Positions 46,795-58,737 of a stretch of DNA of 64,000 bases are shown here, one piece after another (positions within the stretch are counted from its first letter, which is position 1; the number at the start of each line of letters is the position of its first letter). Both the position numbers and the translations under genes were made by a program. The notes under the pieces are model-generated. The model ran no database searches. It was not told the DNA's origin and saw only the letters and a program-made list of their open reading frames with translations. This stretch comes from Anthoceros angustus (taxonomy: Eukaryota; Plantae; Anthocerotophyta): positions 434,001 through 498,000 of the forward strand of contig MU008165.1 in assembly GCA_010909165.1 (NCBI GenBank), given 5' to 3'.

Positions 46795-49700
46795 TTACCC
46801 ACGGATTTCTAACAACAATTGTGGGAGTCCCGTGTGCTCTCCCGCTTCTCGCTTGCCGAAAAGAAAAGTACTCAGCCTTTCTACATCACGCAAGTGGGAA
46901 AGTGATGAGTCCAAGAAAGACGCTTGTCTTTCTTCATACTGGAAAGAAGCTGCCTCAGCCTTCCGTGAAGGTTCACTCTTGAAGTGCTTCTTATGGCCGA
47001 CCAAGAAACTATGCACCAGTCCATCCATGCCAGTCCACCAGCTCTGACCCGGCTGCTTCCATGCCCTTGATCTGATTCTCCTGGTCTGCATCTCTTCTGC
47101 GTGCTCCCACATCTGGACATTGGTATAAATGTTGAACATCAAAACATATGCTGCGGAATCCTTCTTGTTTAGTTGCACTAACTGGTCGAAAGCATGGCGC
47201 CCGACCACTACGTTGCTCCACTTCCGACAGGCACCCAAAAGAGTGTGCCAAACTGCAGCATTAGGCAGTTCCGGCATTGTTCTCACCAAAGCTAGCGCCT
47301 CAACCAGTCGACCTGCACGACCCAGCAGATCCACCACGCAGGTGTAGTGCTCTGCTGTGGGTGTGATGCCGTACTCTCCGCGTCTCAGAGATTCAAAGTA
47401 CTCTCTCCCCTTGCTCACCAGACCTGCATGACTACATACTGTTAGCACACTAAGGAATGTGACGCCCACTGGCTGTATGCCATCCTCCATCATTCTTTGC
47501 ACTAAGTCAAAGACTATGTTACTGTCTCCTTGACAGGTATAGCCTGCAATTAATGCACTCCAGGCAACAACATCTCGTTCAGGCAACGCATCGAACACCA
47601 GTTGCGCATCAAGCATGCTCCCGGACTTGCCATACATGTTTATCAAACTGCTGCCTACAACCACGTCAGCTTGAAGCCCTTGCTCAACAATCTGCGCATG
47701 TAGCTGTCTTCCCAGATGCAATGCTGCTAAATTTGCACATGCCTGCAGGAGGCAAACGAATGTGACTGAATTGGGCACAGCAATGCCTCCTTCTTGCATA
47801 GCACTGTAAAGGCGAAGGGCTTCCTGACCCATTCCCTGCTGGGAATACCCAGCGATCAGGGCGTTCCATGTCACAACATCCTTTTGACACAGACCGTCAA
47901 AAACTCTGTGAGCGAGTTCTAAGCTGCCACACTTTGCATACATGGTCACCAAGCTGTTGGCTACAAACAGATCACCCTGGTGTCCTTGCTCTCTAATTTG
48001 CGCATGAAGCTGCTTCCCCTCCTCCAATGCTGGGGTCCCCACACTGGCACATGCCTGCAGCAGGCACAAAAATGTCACAGAATTGGGTATCGTGATGCCC
48101 TCCTGCTGCATAACACTGTAGAGATGAAGAGCTTCCTGGCCCATGCCCTGCTGGGAATACCCAGCTATCATGGCATTCCACGTCACCACATCTCTTTCAC
48201 CAAGTCCGTCAAACACTCTCTTGGCGTCTTCCAAGCTGCCACACTTTGCATACATGTTAACCAGACTGCAAGCTACAAAAACGTCAGCCTGCATATGCCC
48301 TCGTTCTCTAATTTGGGAGTGAAGTTGCTTTCCCATCTCCAAAGCAGCGGTGCCCACTCTTGCACATGCCTGCAGGAGGCCTACAAACGTTACGGAGTCG
48401 GGCACAGGCATGCCCTCTCCTTGCATAGCACTGTAGAGGTGAAGGGCCTCCTCCCCCATCCCCTGCTGGGAATACCGTGCTATCATGGCATTCCATGTTA
48501 CCAAATCTTTTTGACCAAGTCTGTCAAACACTTTTTGAGCGTCGTCCAAGCTCCCGCACTTCGCATACATGTTCACCAAGCTGTTGGCTACAAAGACATC
48601 AGCCTGATATCCTCCTTCTCTAATTTGTGTGTGAAGCTGCTTCCCCTTCTCCAATGCTTGGTCGCCCACACTTGCACATGCCTGCAGGAGGCACAGGAAT
48701 GTGACAGCATTAGGTACAACCATGCCTCCGTCTTGCATAGCACTGTACAGTCGAAGAGCTTCCTCGCCCATGCCCTGCTGGGAATACCCTCCTATCATGG
48801 CATTCCACGTGACTACATCCTTTTGACCTAGTTCGTCAAACACTCTTTCAGCATCCTCCATGCTGCCACACTTTGCATACATGTTCACCAAACTATTTGT
48901 CACGAAAACATCAGACTGATGTCCTCGTTGCTTAATCTCCTCATGAAGGCGCCTCCCCATCTCCAAAGCTGTGGTGCCCGTGCTGGCACATGCCTGCAGG
49001 AGGCACACAAATGTCACAGAATTGGGCACAGCCATTCCTTCCTCTTGCATACTACTGTAAAGACGGAGGGCTTCTTGACCCATGCCCTGCTGTGAATACC
49101 CTGCGATCAGAGTAGTCCACGTCACCACATCCTTCACAACCAGTCCATCAAACACTCTTCGAGCATCTTCCAAACTGCCAGACTTCGCATACATGTCCAC
49201 CAAGCCATTGTAGACAAACAAATCAGGCTCAACCCCACTGGCCAACACATCAGCATGCACCCTCTGCCCATTCATCAAGTCCGAACTCCTCGCACAAGCC
49301 TGAAGAGCTGCCACAAATACATGCCCATCTGGCCTCACACTTGACCCGCTCATTCTTCGGTACAGTTGAATGGCCTGCTTGTCTTCCCCATGTCTGACAT
49401 GAGCAGAAATTATGGCAGCCCACATGTAGGCATCAGGATTGGCAAGCAAGGTGAACACATCCATCGCTTCCTGCAACCTGCCATGAGAAGAGTACATTCG
49501 CAGGATATGGTTGCACAGGAACGTGTCTGATTGGTATCCCGTTTTCACCGTCAAGGCATGGACTCGGCGTCCCAGAACGAGATCCTTCTTCACCACACAC
49601 TTCTTCAGGACAGTCGTAACAAGAGATTTGGAAACACAACAGTCTGTCTGCACCATAACCCCCAAACCCTCAACTGCCTCTTTGACATAGCCCTGATAAC

Positions 49701-49809
49701 ATAGCTTGGTCACAGTGTCAGCCGTTACGATTCCTCCATGTCCTGCCTTTCTTCCTACAAAGCCTGTGGACCTCAAAACAGCCATAGGCGGCAGCTGAGC
49801 CGTGAGCAC
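46795..49809 (-). CDS. PLS-class PPR protein with E1-E2 and a truncated WW-type (PGxSWW) DYW start, 1004 aa, intronless
   Basis: N-terminal extension, about seven P-L-S triplets plus P2-L2-S2, E1 (AAVWHTLLGACRKW), E2, then PGQSWWTGMDGLVHSFLVG; no in-frame HxE or CxxC. Confidence 0.93.
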   Translation of the reverse strand: MLTAQLPPMAVLRSTGFVGRKAGHGGIVTADTVTKLCYQGYVKEAVEGLGVMVQTDCCVSKSLVTTVLKKCVVKKDLVLGRRVHALTVKTGYQSDTFLCNHILRMYSSHGRLQEAMDVFTLLANPDAYMWAAIISAHVRHGEDKQAIQLYRRMSGSSVRPDGHVFVAALQACARSSDLMNGQRVHADVLASGVEPDLFVYNGLVDMYAKSGSLEDARRVFDGLVVKDVVTWTTLIAGYSQQGMGQEALRLYSSMQEEGMAVPNSVTFVCLLQACASTGTTALEMGRRLHEEIKQRGHQSDVFVTNSLVNMYAKCGSMEDAERVFDELGQKDVVTWNAMIGGYSQQGMGEEALRLYSAMQDGGMVVPNAVTFLCLLQACASVGDQALEKGKQLHTQIREGGYQADVFVANSLVNMYAKCGSLDDAQKVFDRLGQKDLVTWNAMIARYSQQGMGEEALHLYSAMQGEGMPVPDSVTFVGLLQACARVGTAALEMGKQLHSQIRERGHMQADVFVACSLVNMYAKCGSLEDAKRVFDGLGERDVVTWNAMIAGYSQQGMGQEALHLYSVMQQEGITIPNSVTFLCLLQACASVGTPALEEGKQLHAQIREQGHQGDLFVANSLVTMYAKCGSLELAHRVFDGLCQKDVVTWNALIAGYSQQGMGQEALRLYSAMQEGGIAVPNSVTFVCLLQACANLAALHLGRQLHAQIVEQGLQADVVVGSSLINMYGKSGSMLDAQLVFDALPERDVVAWSALIAGYTCQGDSNIVFDLVQRMMEDGIQPVGVTFLSVLTVCSHAGLVSKGREYFESLRRGEYGITPTAEHYTCVVDLLGRAGRLVEALALVRTMPELPNAAVWHTLLGACRKWSNVVVGRHAFDQLVQLNKKDSAAYVLMFNIYTNVQMWEHAEEMQTRRIRSRAWKQPGQSWWTGMDGLVHSFLVGHKKHFKSEPSRKAEAASFQYEERQASFLDSSLSHLRDVERLSTFLFGKREAGEHTGLPQLLLEIRG

Positions 49810-50329
49810 TACCTAGAATGCAATGTTTTCCCAGCACAGTCATCAAGAAGATCCAACGGCCGTCCCCGGCAGAGGCAGGTACCGAGCAGGGCCGACAGTC
49901 GACCAGCTCCCCCACAACGGAAAGAGTTATCTTTGCTGAAAGTACACGATTCATATCCCCGTTGATAATCTGCGAACATGGGCAGCCAGTGTTAAGCAAC
50001 GCACAAATCCTGAGAGGGGTGGAGGCAAATGGTAGCATCAACCCGTGATGTCAAACCTGCTCGAATATAGACTACTTCACTACAACACATTCAGCTTCAC
50101 AGAAGCTACGTACAGGTCTTGACAGCGTGATTTCTCAGGTCTCTCAGTTCTATGATGCATGCCAGTTGGTCCTTCCGGAGCACCATTAGTGTATCATAAC
50201 ATTCTCTTTTTCCTTTTTGATACCTATCCACCGTCCCTAATATAAATATTAAATATTATACTTTAACTATGTACAAAAAACGACGAGTGGACTTGTACTC
50301 TCGGACTCATGAAGGCACCTTTGCATATA

Positions 50330-50768
50330 CAGTCCACCCTCCCTAATTTATAAATTTTAAAAAAAAATACTCAAAAAAAGAAATTTTAACTTTTAATTGA
50401 TAGGTTTCACTAAAAATAACTTTTATCACTTCTCTATATAGTTGCCTAAAAGTTAGCACCCTCTCTAAGCAGTATTAGAAAACCTCTACCTATCATAAAG
50501 GAAAAAGCTTAGCTTAAGAGTCTTAAAAGTCTATTGTGCTATGAAATAATCAATTTCTTTTTATTTTCTTTTTTAATTTTTTTAGTAAAAAAAATAAAAA
50601 ATTCCATTTATGGAGGTGAAACTAACATGAATGTATGTTTCAAAAGGTCCCAATTACCATTTAGAGAAAAATCCCATTTTTTACACTGTAAACTAAAGGG
50701 AGTAGGATGGGAGGTCCCATTTAGAGAGGAATCCCATTTATAGAGTTCCAATTAGGGGGGGCCGATTG
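50330..50768. mobile_element. Putative Tc1/mariner-type MITE (~440 bp)
   Basis: TA|CAGTCCACCCTCCCTAATT ... AATTAGGGGGGGCCGATTG|TA: imperfect TIRs (15/19 matches), TA flanks, AT-rich non-coding interior. Confidence 0.5.
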
Positions 50769-52759
50769 TAAGTAGGAGTTGAGTCAAGGACTGTAGAACG
50801 TTAACCCATAGGACTTAGATCAAAAGCAACGAGTATCCTTTGTCAGTCTATATGCGAGTTGGTATTTAATGGTAGGAAAAGAAGAAAACAAAGAATATTT
50901 ATTCTTGGCCTATTCAAGCATCCACATTTCTCATGCATTTCCGCCCGGCAGCATCCTTCATAGAATTATAATTTGGACATAAGCCTGCAATGCTTGGAGT
51001 TGCCTTCCTGCAAAAGGGCTCCAATGCAACCACATACTTCATGTGAATGATATATAAATGATCTGTGAGAGTCGTTTCTTCTTGTTGCATGCAGACATGT
51101 GTAAAAAAAGAGATCTTTGTCAGAGCTTCTTGTGCGAGTCCACGCTAGGTGTAGAAAATGAGCTAGCATGACAGTATCTAGGAAACTACAGTTTTTGTCA
51201 CCAGCTTTGTCGATTAATACATGTTGAGCATCCTGATGGAATCGGTAACATTCAAAATTATCCGTGAACCAACGGCAGGAAACCACCAACTAGGCTCCTC
51301 CCTTGTGTTGCAGATTATTGCATGAATCATCCTTCAGCACATCCTTATGCTTGCTGCATGAATCATCCTTCACCAAATCCTTATGCTTGTTGGATTATGT
51401 TTCGAAAATTAGGCTCCTTGCGCACTTGAAGATTGTGCCTAAACTTCCTCATCATCCGTCCCGCACCTAGCAAGTGGCGTTTTTTGTTGGCTTGTCACCA
51501 ATCAAGAGGGTCTCCTTAATCCCATCAACCTTTGTTTCACTTATTCCTTGCCTCTATATAATGCTACACCATTTTTTGCCCCTTTTGAGTGCAAGTATAA
51601 ATTTTAATTTTATAAAATTGAATGAACGCTAAAATAAATCTATAAAGTATTCATAATTATTATGGTTCCTTGGTCTTTAGAACTTGGGGATACATCCTCT
51701 TTACCATTTATTGAAATTATCTCGCGTCCTTGGTCTTTGGAACTAGACCATATTTACCTTAACTATAGATGATTCGTACAGATGTATTGCAAAAACATAA
51801 ATTGGATCATCAGCTTATCTTGTGAAAAACATTTCACTGAACGCTCTCTTACGATTGAGTTTTCAGGCATTATTGAAATTATACCATGTCCCCCAAAATT
51901 ACGTCCGACGAACGGTCTGCAAACACATCAGATCCAAAAGCGTCCAACCGTACGCATAGACGAGAACGTCAAGGACAAAGTGTCAGTACACAAGCTGGTA
52001 TCCATACAAGATTTAATCGACAAGGCAAGAAAGAGGAAGAAAAAATTATAGGAAGAAGCTAAGTTGCGTGAACAACTTGAAAGAGGAAAAAGGAACAAAG
52101 AGGAACATGGTGGAGGAAGCTAATGAAGCTTTTAATGCTAAAATGACGGAGAGACGTGCCAAGTTACTGGCAGGCGCCCCCTCCTCGGCGATCACCTGCA
52201 ACCAGCACGGAGGAGGTAAGGTGCACTTGGTATGGGAGGTGGTGCAAGTACTAGTAGAAACAGGGTGCTGATGTTACAGGTTTTTACAACGGGTTTGGGT
52301 CTATTTGTAATGTTTTGGGAGGATTTGTTACGGGTTGCAAATTGGGTGCCGAGCCTAGCAAACGTTATAAAAACTGTAACATGAAGGTCGTGACAAACAA
52401 ATTTGTTACGGTTTTGAGGCCTCGTATGAGGCCTGGTCCTAGGTTTGGTAATCTAGGTTTGTTAGAGTTTAGAACCCGGGTTCTGACAAACCATGGTAGA
52501 GACACATGTGTGTGTGCAAATATTTATCTTTCCACACGCACCCCAAGTCCCGGATCCGGCGGTGCAACCGAGGATGTGCATATAATTATGCACATGAATG
52601 GCATTGTCGGGATTTCTGATTCCCTTGGGAACGGCCTTGTGTCGATATGTGGCATGTGGCATGTACATAGAACATCCTACATAACATATTTATTCATATA
52701 TATATATATATATATAATACATACGGCATAAATATTACTTTGTAAGGGAAAAAACGATG

Positions 52760-55000
52760 GGAAAAAACCCATCCAGCACGGGACAATGTAGGTGGACCTC
52801 GGGGGGTCAAGGTGAAAAAGAGCAACTAAGCCCTTACCTAAAGTTACCTACTGCTCCTAGAACATCATATGTAGGAAGAACAAATGGCCTGCAAATGATG
52901 GAGGAAGAGAAAGAAGCATCGCTTACCGTCGCCACCTTGCGAAGGATTGCCATCGAGATGGCCCTGGGAAGGGCAATGGAGACTCGCTGTCTGAAGTAAG
53001 CTCTGAAATAAGAAAGGGGCAACCCCGCGCCATGCTGAGACTTATGGTTGTACGGACTTGAGAAATTGATCGGTCGTAGCCACCCACACGCTTCGTCAGA
53101 GCGGAATAAAGAAGTGGCCCGCTTGCATCCCGCTATACTTTCTGACCTTGAGAGCCGTAGCAATGGCAGCAGCCCAACCAGGACGGTTAGTGATAACCTG
53201 AGCGGAGATGGTGTCTCGGGAGGGTCAATAACCACCATGTTCGCCACCGAAACCTGGTCACTGCGGACAAAGTACAAGTCAGCCCTAATTGAGTGACTTG
53301 TTTGAAGAATGTACCCTCGCTCCCTCCAGGCCATGTAGCCACTTTCGCGAGCTATGGCAAACATGACATCGCCGATAGCCTCGTGGGTGGTAATGCGATG
53401 ACCCCCATGGGGACAACGAGCAAAGTGTACCTCAGAGTCATCGAGGGCAGAGCCCCACTCGCAGGTAAGAAGGGAAGACGCCACAGGCGGAAGCAGGCCA
53501 AGACGGAATCGCATCGCAGTGGTGAAAGTGGCTGGTGCGATAACAAAACCCCGTATACATGGACGAGATAGAAGCCAAGCACCTACGCCCTTACCAGAAC
53601 AAGAGCAAAGCCGAGCGCTCGTGGACAGAGGAGTCCAAGAGGACGAACTGGAAAGTCTGGCCAAGCTGCTTCTCAAGCAACAACACCTGCAACCCCCTGA
53701 AACCATCGGAGATAAACGTGGAGAAAGTAGGAAAATCCCGCTGAGCATCCGCAGAAAGCATTTCCCTAGCCTGCCTCAAGGAAATTTGGAGAGGGAAGGT
53801 TTTCTCCTCCATACTAGACGTAAGATCCTCCAAAAAGGGCCTGTCCTGGAGGATGAAGTGAGAGGCCAGAGCAGCAGTTGATAGGGCCCAGCTACCTAAA
53901 AAAGACGCCAGGGAAGAAACCTCCAGTGAGAGAAGGCCAGCGCCCCCAAACTGCATTGGCATGGATGCTTGCCACCGGGCCACATCGCCCGCAAGGCACT
54001 CAAAAGCCCTTGGGCCCATGATGTCACCAAGAGTATCCATTATCTTCCTGTCAAACCCCTGAAGTCGAGACATGAGAACCGGAGTCGGGGGGAGCGAGCG
54101 GATGAGGTAACTAGGGCGCCTAGCGAAGCAGGAAGAAAGAATTCCAAAAGCCACCGAGCATCCCCTAATAAGGGGAGGTTCTCGACATGGGACAGGTCCT
54201 CCACGAGAGCCTGGTCCCGGAAGCTCCCAATGAAGTTATGGGAGCCGAAGGGGACCCCCAAAATCCGTAGACCCAAGGCCGGAGCAATCTCCCTACCAAG
54301 GAACTGCAAAGTGGGGAGGATACCCGACGGGGACCAAACGCGGCACTTAGAGAGCTTTACTTTTAAGCCAACCAAAGAAAGCTCATTGGGAAAAGAGCTG
54401 GAAGGCCTCTTGAACCTTGTCTCTAGGCCCAAGGATGTGAGAGTCGTCTGTTAGCGACGGGAAGACACAGTCACGCGTAGAGGAAGCAGCCCTGGAAAGG
54501 GCCCTGTAGTGGGCGATGGCAAAGAGGGCACCGCCTAGAGGGTCACCTTGCATGGTACCTGTGGCTGATTCCAAGACGGACATAGCAAATCCCGAAGAGA
54601 CGTTCTTGTGCTAATAGATTAGAAGACGTCCCATAGAAGCACCAGACAAAAGGTATAAGGCTCCCCATGACACCACCAGCGTCCCTGAGCTTCCCGAAGA
54701 TGATGCTCCTGGAAATGGTATTGAAAGCGTTTTCAACATCCACCTGTAAAACAACCCAATCCATGTGGGTATCAAGGCATGCCTGCACGCTTAACACCAC
54801 GGACTCGCAACCCCCCCCGGAGTAGCAATGCCAAATTGTAGGGGGTTAAGGTGCTGCTAGAGGAGGGAGCGACATGTAGGCTTCCCCAACCGCGATTGGA
54901 CGCACGCCAGAGCCCTAAGGCAGGCTTGTCCATCGCGACGAGCCTGCTAGCTGAAAGGACTCGAGAGATCTGACAAGGCGTCGCACATGGCGGCATGAGA
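52760..55000 (-). mobile_element. CRE-like non-LTR retrotransposon (RT plus C-terminal Zn/RLE), 5'-truncated, frameshifted
   Basis: RPIAVGE, GGCESVVLSVQA..VDVENAFNTISR, GTMQGDPLGGALF, SLTDDSHILG, GLKVKLSKC, GLRILGVPFG, MPMQFGGAGL, then HFARCPHGGHRITTHEAI and RADL..VIDP. Element ends are approximate. Confidence 0.85.
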
Positions 55001-55045
55001 AAAGCGGCCGGGATGGGTCTTCAAGGAGAAAAAGGTCCCGAAGAT

Positions 55046-55800
55046 GCCCTACGCGATTACTCCAGATTAAACTCCTATTGTTAGTACCCTAAACTCCTAT
55101 TGTTAATGCCCTACGGGATTACTCCAGATTAAACTCCCGTTGTTGGTGCCCTAAACTCATGTTGTTAATGTCCTACGGGATTATTCCATATTGTTAGTGC
55201 CCTAAACTCATGTTGTTAATGTCCTACGGGATTATTCCAGATTAAACTCCCATTTTAGTGTCGTACAGGGTTACTCCAGATTAAACTCCCGTTGTTAATG
55301 GCCCATAGGGTTCCTCCAGATTAAATTCTTGTTGTTAGTGCGCTACAAGGTTACTCCAGATTAAACTCCCGTTGTTAATGGCCTATAGGGTTCCTCCAGA
55401 TTAAACTCTTGTTGTTAGTGCACTACAAGGTTACTCTAGATTAAACTCTGGTGGGGGTTACTCCACATTAAACTCCCGTGGTTAGTGCGCTATAAAGTTA
55501 CTCCATATTAAACTCCCATTGTTAGTATGCTATAGGGTTACTCCAGATTAAACTCGCATCGTTGTTAGCGCCCTATAGGATTACTGAAGATTAAACTCGC
55601 ATCGTTGTTAGTGCCCTATAGGATTACTGAAGATTGAACTCACGTGGTTGTTAGTGCCCTACAGGGTTACATCAGATTAATCAAACTCCAGATATAGGAC
55701 TTTGATGTATACTGTAACTTGAACTTGCATGATTGTTAGTGCCCTACAGGGTTACATCAGATTAATTAAACTCCAGATATAGGACTTTGATGTATATTTT
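55046..55800. repeat. 40-bp minisatellite (TTACTCCAGATTAAACTCCCGTTGTTAGTGCCCTACAGGG-like)
   Basis: Roughly 15-18 degenerate units, with an 80-bp dimer pattern at ~55270-55430. Confidence 0.9.
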
Positions 55801-56473
55801 AAAACATTTATATAATATCTCAAAATTCTCTAAAAAAGCACTTCGGGCACTACCTGTTGTAAAAAACAGCGCGGGACCGCCTGTTGTAAAGCCTTACGGG
55901 GTGACGAAGTTCACTAAAAAACAATATGGGTGAACATTATGTGTTAAGCTATATGGTATAGCACAGAAAGCATTGGTCAACTGCCACCCAAATAATGTTT
56001 CTCACTAGAGTAAAATGAAAGGACGTCCGGCGGGTCGTGTTGCTAGGTATGCACGAAGATAGCGTTTTTCCGTGGCCTGGACACCTGGATAAGGTCCTCC
56101 TGCTAGGCACAAGAGACACCAAGGAAAGAACGATCCTTCCTTTACATTGTGTAACCTGGTGGAGGCAGATTAGCATGGACGACAGGGTGATGGAGTCGTT
56201 GCTATCAGGTCTGGCAGAGACCTTTCTTAGTCAAGGCACGAGGTGCCGCCAAGCTCGACACATCCTTGAGACCAGAAAGGAAACCCCGTCCAACCTCACA
56301 AGACGACCTGCAAAGATTCACGTACAGTTGGAGAAAGTAGAAGTGATCATCCGCCATGTCTGCGATGAACTTCGGTGCTGCCTTACTCACAGAATAAGCT
56401 TCTTGCAAGTTTCTCCTGCCTGCCGAACATGGTACGACACGTCATCAATTGCACAGCCTGTGAACCGAGGTCG

Positions 56474-57277
56474 TCATTGGCTCTCCCGTGGCAGCATTCT
56501 CTGACTTGCAACCGCTTGCTGTTTGCACCAAGCCATGTAATCCCTCGCAATTCCTCTCAGCAGCTGCGATTCCAGGACGGCCAGTATGCGGTCCAAGAGA
56601 TCATCTCCAACGGAAGTGACCAGCGGCTCCGGCATAAGAGAAAACGGAAGAGGCAAGTCGAACCCCATTTGCAAGGACACCGAACCCGAGAAGCCTGTCT
56701 TGTCAGCCTTGTATCCCTTCTCCCTCACCGCTTTCAAGTCTCCCCTGAGATTGAACCTGAAATCAAGCTTCTTGATGTCCTCGGACACGGCGTTACCATC
56801 CAGCACCAGTTTATCGGAATAGATGCGCAGGCTGGGATCTTCATAGTATACCTTGATATCACAAAGGGGCGTGGCTGTCAGGCTGAAGAAGGTGATGGGC
56901 AAAATCTGCACTCGGTAGAGACTGTGTCCCATGTACTTCATGCGGGAGGAGTCCGGGAAGGTGATCTTCACCACCCGCTCCACGTCCTTGAGATACTCCT
57001 CCGGCGGCAGGGCTCCTTCTTGGCAGGATATAGTGACAGCTCTCCTAGCCTTGAACTCCACCAGCTGTGCCCGAACAGGAGGGTGATTCCGAAACCTCGC
57101 CGATCCTGCCCCATGGCGGGCAATCCTCTCCCTTCCTACCACCGAAAACCCGAGCAATTCTCGCCTCAGCTCCTGCCTTCCACACTTGGCCGATACCGAC
57201 AAGCTTTCAGTCCGAGTCGAGCCGGACGTCGGCGGGAATGCAGGACCACGGCAGAGAGCCGCGCTTTGCGAAGCCAT
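56474..57277 (-). CDS. DUF1997 (SRPBCC-like) protein, intronless, probable plastid transit peptide
   Basis: Ser/Arg-rich N-terminus; EYLKDVERVV..FPD, LPLPFSLMPEPLVTSVGDDLLDRIL..LLRGIARDYMAW. Confidence 0.85.
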   Translation of the reverse strand: MASQSAALCRGPAFPPTSGSTRTESLSVSAKCGRQELRRELLGFSVVGRERIARHGAGSARFRNHPPVRAQLVEFKARRAVTISCQEGALPPEEYLKDVERVVKITFPDSSRMKYMGHSLYRVQILPITFFSLTATPLCDIKVYYEDPSLRIYSDKLVLDGNAVSEDIKKLDFRFNLRGDLKAVREKGYKADKTGFSGSVSLQMGFDLPLPFSLMPEPLVTSVGDDLLDRILAVLESQLLRGIARDYMAWCKQQAVASQRMLPRESQ

Positions 57278-57643
57278 CACACCTTGTATTCTTCCAGCTC
57301 ACGGCGACACTGGTAGCATTGCTGAAGAGGCTTGGCGCTCCGCCAGAATCAGGAGCGGCTCAACGCCCGGCTCCATGCGCCACATCACTTTTGTGACCGA
57401 CAGACGAGTGTCCGCGATGCTAAGGGAAAACCACAGCCACAAGAATAAGAGCAACCTTTTCATGTTTTGGCTTAAACAAGAGGAAAGTGTCAGAGCCAAT
57501 TTCATCCACAACCACTGCAGCCTTGTAATCCAGACTCCTTGATCAAATTAGCCTCACTCTGCAACCGACGAACAGGCCTTGACATCATCCAAGTGCTATA
57601 AAGCCTCGTCTATTCCTATTGCGAATGCCGGTCCTGCATATCT

Positions 57644-58589
57644 TCAAAACTTGTTGTAACCAATCCGCCTGCTAAATAGTCGTCTTATAAGGTAAGCTTG
57701 AAGAGTGCTAGCTAATACTAATACTAAATACTCTGCCAACGTATAGAACAGGAGCCTCTTCTTCGTGCTTAGGTTGGCTGAGTGAGCAAACATCCAAAGA
57801 AGAAATCTATGAGAAACGAGAAAAACGAAGCCCCGGTAACGGAACAGGCCGAAGATATCCAGCATAAGAGAGAATGATAAAGCAGTGGACTCACTCTTAT
57901 GATGCCGAGCATTTCTCAACCCTAAGTACTTCTGTTCTGAGTAGATTTCTTCCAAAGCTTCCCGCAATTCAGCGATTCTCTCGTCTACCACATTGAAATG
58001 CTCTGTTGCAGCAGCAGCAACCAGCAAGCACATGCGTAAGAGATCCTTCATCTTCAAGGGGAAGAGGCAGACAAAGAATCTTGCCCGGTCACTCACCATC
58101 CTCGGCCACCTCGCCTCGGTGCGGCACATGACCGACATGAATGTAGAAGGTTAGGTACTCCGGTACAGCGGACGGATTTTTGAAGCAGAACTTGTATACC
58201 CCGGCCCTGGGAGCTTTAAAGTGGAACTCGTGCTCTTCTTTGCCCTTGGCCTCGTAGATGTGTTCACCTCGGTCTGAAATCACCTGCAAAGCCCTCACAA
58301 TCACGCAGCGAGCACGAATTCAGAACCAGAATTCCGATCTGAATTGCAGACTGCAGCCAAGGCGAGTTCGGAGTACCGTGAGATCGATGCCAGGGTGATC
58401 CGCACCCCAGAACAGCTCATAGTCCTCCACCACGAAGTTGCCAGAAACAGAGTCCCCTGCATACCGCACCTCCTCCGACACGCATTCCTCCTTCACCACG
58501 GTTAAGCTCAGACTCCAGCAAGCTGGGAGCAAAGCAATCGCGAGCAGCAGCACCGGCAGCCATCGCTGAAACCGCATAACGGAGCTCAT
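57644..58589 (-). CDS. p24 family (emp24/gp25L, p24beta-like) cargo receptor, 4 exons
   Basis: Signal peptide, LSLTVVKEECVSE..SGNFVV..PGIDLTV / GVYKFCFKNP..LTFYIHVGH / coiled coil EALEEIYSEQKYL..RH / NLSTKKRLLFYTLAEY..QAYLIRRLF..GYNKF*. Confidence 0.92.
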
Positions 58590-58737
58590 AGCGCGAGCGC
58601 GACAACAAACTTTCGGTCTGATTCCGGCCAGAAAACGAATGAGAAAACCAGACACGAACACGATGGCTTTATTTGTTTTCCTGAACTTGTTGAGGTAAAC
58701 ATGAGCACCTAGTCTAGGGAATATACAGTCCCGTCGG

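Noticed and set aside
47980-48831. 283-aa plus-strand ORF with internal repeats
   Set aside because: Antisense shadow of the repetitive PPR gene.
50900-52300. Possible DNA-transposon remnant (short ORFs, Lys/Glu-rich piece at ~52020)
   Set aside because: No transposase motif or termini could be identified.
55046-55800. CRISPR-like appearance of the 40-bp array
   Set aside because: The variable parts are degenerate versions of each other, not unique spacers; there are no cas genes and the context is eukaryotic.
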